This document shows positions 62,473-64,000 of a DNA stretch of 64,000 nt, piece by piece. The DNA lies in IMG/VR virus record IMGVR_UViG_3300049855_000348, positions 124,001 through 188,000 of that record; one strand, written 5' to 3'. The position numbers and the translations under genes were made by a program. The notes beneath the pieces are model-generated. The model did no database searches, was not told the origin of the DNA, and saw only the letters and a list, made by a program, of their open reading frames with translations. Positions within the stretch are counted from its first letter, which is position 1, and every line of letters begins with the position of its first letter.

Positions 62473-63167
62473 TGGAGATCCAGTGCTATGATGGTGATGG
62501 AGTTGAGCCATTATACGTTCGTCAGAAACGCGAAGCCGAGGAGGCTCGCTATCGCAGGCGTGTTGAGCAGGTTGGTCTGCGTCTGGCAAATCGTGAGCGC
62601 CGTGAACGCCATCGTTCAGAGCGTCAGAAGGCCAAGCCCATCGTTCGTTGTGAACGATTCGAGATGCGACGTGTCGGCAACAAGACCCATTTCCACATCA
62701 AGTCGACTGATCACCCAACCAAGCTGATCTTCTTCGCCGGTGACCATTTCAGGGAGATGACCTTTCGTTACCCTTCCTACGATGATGTCAGAGACCCCAT
62801 GCGGATGCCGGTGGTCCTCAGGGCTGTCAACGTGAAGGTCCTCCAGATGCATGCCGTCGAACCCATGGGTTCTGACGATGACACTCCGTTGTTCTATGAG
62901 ACTTCGATCACCATCGAATCAGACACCCTCATCAACGAGTCGGCCAAGGTTTACAAAGCCTTCCGAGACTCTATCTGTCTCCCCATTCCAACCCTGAAGG
63001 GCACTCATGGCTCAATACAGCCTGGGCAAGTGGCGTCATCCGAAGACCGAGCAGATTCGGATCTACCTCAACGGCCTCGACAGCACCGAGCAAAAGGTGT
63101 GGTTCGAGAGGGGGGAGCGAAAAAACGACCAGCTTCCGCCCGAGTTCGGCATCAAGCTGTGTTGTGA
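62472..63167 (+). CDS. Hypothetical protein (MEIQCYDGDG...); the last 54 or so residues overlap the next gene
   Basis: TGATG overlap at the start; shared N-terminal motif; 161-nt 3' overlap is suspicious. Confidence 0.65.
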   Translation: MEIQCYDGDGVEPLYVRQKREAEEARYRRRVEQVGLRLANRERRERHRSERQKAKPIVRCERFEMRRVGNKTHFHIKSTDHPTKLIFFAGDHFREMTFRYPSYDDVRDPMRMPVVLRAVNVKVLQMHAVEPMGSDDDTPLFYETSITIESDTLINESAKVYKAFRDSICLPIPTLKGTHGSIQPGQVASSEDRADSDLPQRPRQHRAKGVVREGGAKKRPASARVRHQAVL

Positions 63168-63288
63168 AAACACGGTAACGCTGACCAAGCAGGAGGTTGT
63201 GGAGGAGATCGCCGAGGCGTTCTCCGAGATGGACCTCTTCCTCGACAAGACCACCTGGAGCCGCCTGGGAAGGGCTGCTAGCTGGTAA
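63007..63288 (+). CDS. Hypothetical protein (93 aa)
   Basis: GAAGGG SD; typical codon usage. Confidence 0.75.
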   Translation: MAQYSLGKWRHPKTEQIRIYLNGLDSTEQKVWFERGERKNDQLPPEFGIKLCCENTVTLTKQEVVEEIAEAFSEMDLFLDKTTWSRLGRAASW

Positions 63289-63295
63289 CTAAGTC

Positions 63296-63793
63296 ATGCC
63301 GGTCACGCTCCCATCCCCGATCCTCTACAGCGCCCTGACCATGCTTCAGGACACGGATGAGAACGTCATCCTCCAGCGCCTGTACGACCGTGATGAAGCC
63401 CTACTGGCCGCCTTCAACGCCCTCAACGACATCCGTGAAGACCTGATTGCCCAGTTCTCCCGCTTCGACGATATCGAAGCCCGTATCCGCTCGATCGGCA
63501 ACATCATCAACGCCATCATCGCAGCGTTCTATCAGGACATCGACGGTAACGGCATCGTTCCGGACAACTACGCCTTCTTCAACCAGTTGATCGCCGACCT
63601 GAAGTTGAACATCAATGCGATCAACGCCGTCAGTGGTGGCATCATCAACTTCCTTGGTGTTCAGACCGCTGTGACGCCGGTTGCTGAGCATCTGGCCCGT
63701 CTCCAGGGGCTCGACAATCTGATCAAGGAAAAGTTGAACTACATCTACAGCAAGTGGGACATCGATCCGAACGACGATCTACTCTCGCTGTGA
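63296..63793 (+). CDS. Helical hypothetical protein (165 aa) with a DxDxNG loop
   Basis: TAACTA-agtc-ATG start; heptad-like helices around QDIDGNGIV. Confidence 0.75.
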   Translation: MPVTLPSPILYSALTMLQDTDENVILQRLYDRDEALLAAFNALNDIREDLIAQFSRFDDIEARIRSIGNIINAIIAAFYQDIDGNGIVPDNYAFFNQLIADLKLNINAINAVSGGIINFLGVQTAVTPVAEHLARLQGLDNLIKEKLNYIYSKWDIDPNDDLLSL

Positions 63794-63966
63794 CGCAGGA
63801 CGAGATCTACAAGATCTTCGCCAAATTCGTGGTGGGTAATCCAACCGCAAAAGCCGACGCTGTTGTAAAACACGTGCTATCGGCTTCTGGTGGATTCGGT
63901 GATCCGGTAACCATCAGCATCTGGTACAGTCAGTGGAGAATCATCTGGACCGAGTTGGCTCTCTAG
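63790..63966 (+). CDS. Small hypothetical protein (58 aa, MTQDEIYKIF...)
   Basis: GTGA overlap with the upstream stop. Confidence 0.65.
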   Translation: MTQDEIYKIFAKFVVGNPTAKADAVVKHVLSASGGFGDPVTISIWYSQWRIIWTELAL

Positions 63967-63993
63967 TTGACAGCGACATTTTGGTCTTATATT
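63967..63993 (+). promoter_or_regulatory. Candidate promoter TTGACA-GCGAC-N6-GTCT-TATATT at the window edge
   Basis: Perfect -35 immediately followed by the recurring palindrome; the downstream gene lies outside the window. Confidence 0.7.
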
Positions 63994-64000
63994 TCCAATC

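Noticed and set aside
1-64000. Stop-codon reassignment, inteins or introns, as seen in some large phages
   Set aside because: Core genes are intact and of expected length under code 11, and TAG, TGA and TAA all end genes. No Hint or LAGLIDADG/HNH insertions were seen in terminase, helicases, primase or UvsX.

Overview
This window is a segment of a large, GC-rich, T4-like (Tevenvirinae-related but very divergent) lytic phage genome read with the standard genetic code. The left half (minus strand) is a late region: a 3994-aa repeat-built tail-fibre/adhesin-like protein, a permuted papain-fold enzyme, and a T4-order head module (terminase gp17, portal gp20, scaffold-like protein, protease gp21, gp22-like protein, major capsid gp23). 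About ten tightly coupled uncharacterised genes follow; they look like protease-processed internal head proteins and include a Pol-beta-type nucleotidyltransferase. The right half is a replication/recombination region: UvsW, RuvC-like resolvase, a single-ORF Mre11(gp47)-Rad50(gp46) fusion, RNase H/FEN, gp41 helicase, gp55-like late sigma factor, primase, UvsY, gp32 and UvsX. A repeat-rich non-coding candidate origin sits at the strand switch (about 53130-53890). Reading the DNA directly shows two promoter grammars. One is sigma70-type promoters whose 16-bp spacer is filled by a GCGAC-N6-GTCGC palindrome. The other is a late motif TANNTA-RGNC-ATG. Both often give apparently leaderless mRNAs. 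Several real small ORFs are absent from the ORF track, including a 58-aa protein that copies the predicted mature N-terminus of the capsid protein. No tRNA, CRISPR array, intein, intron or reverse transcriptase was recognised. Family assignments come from motif recognition by eye, not database searches.
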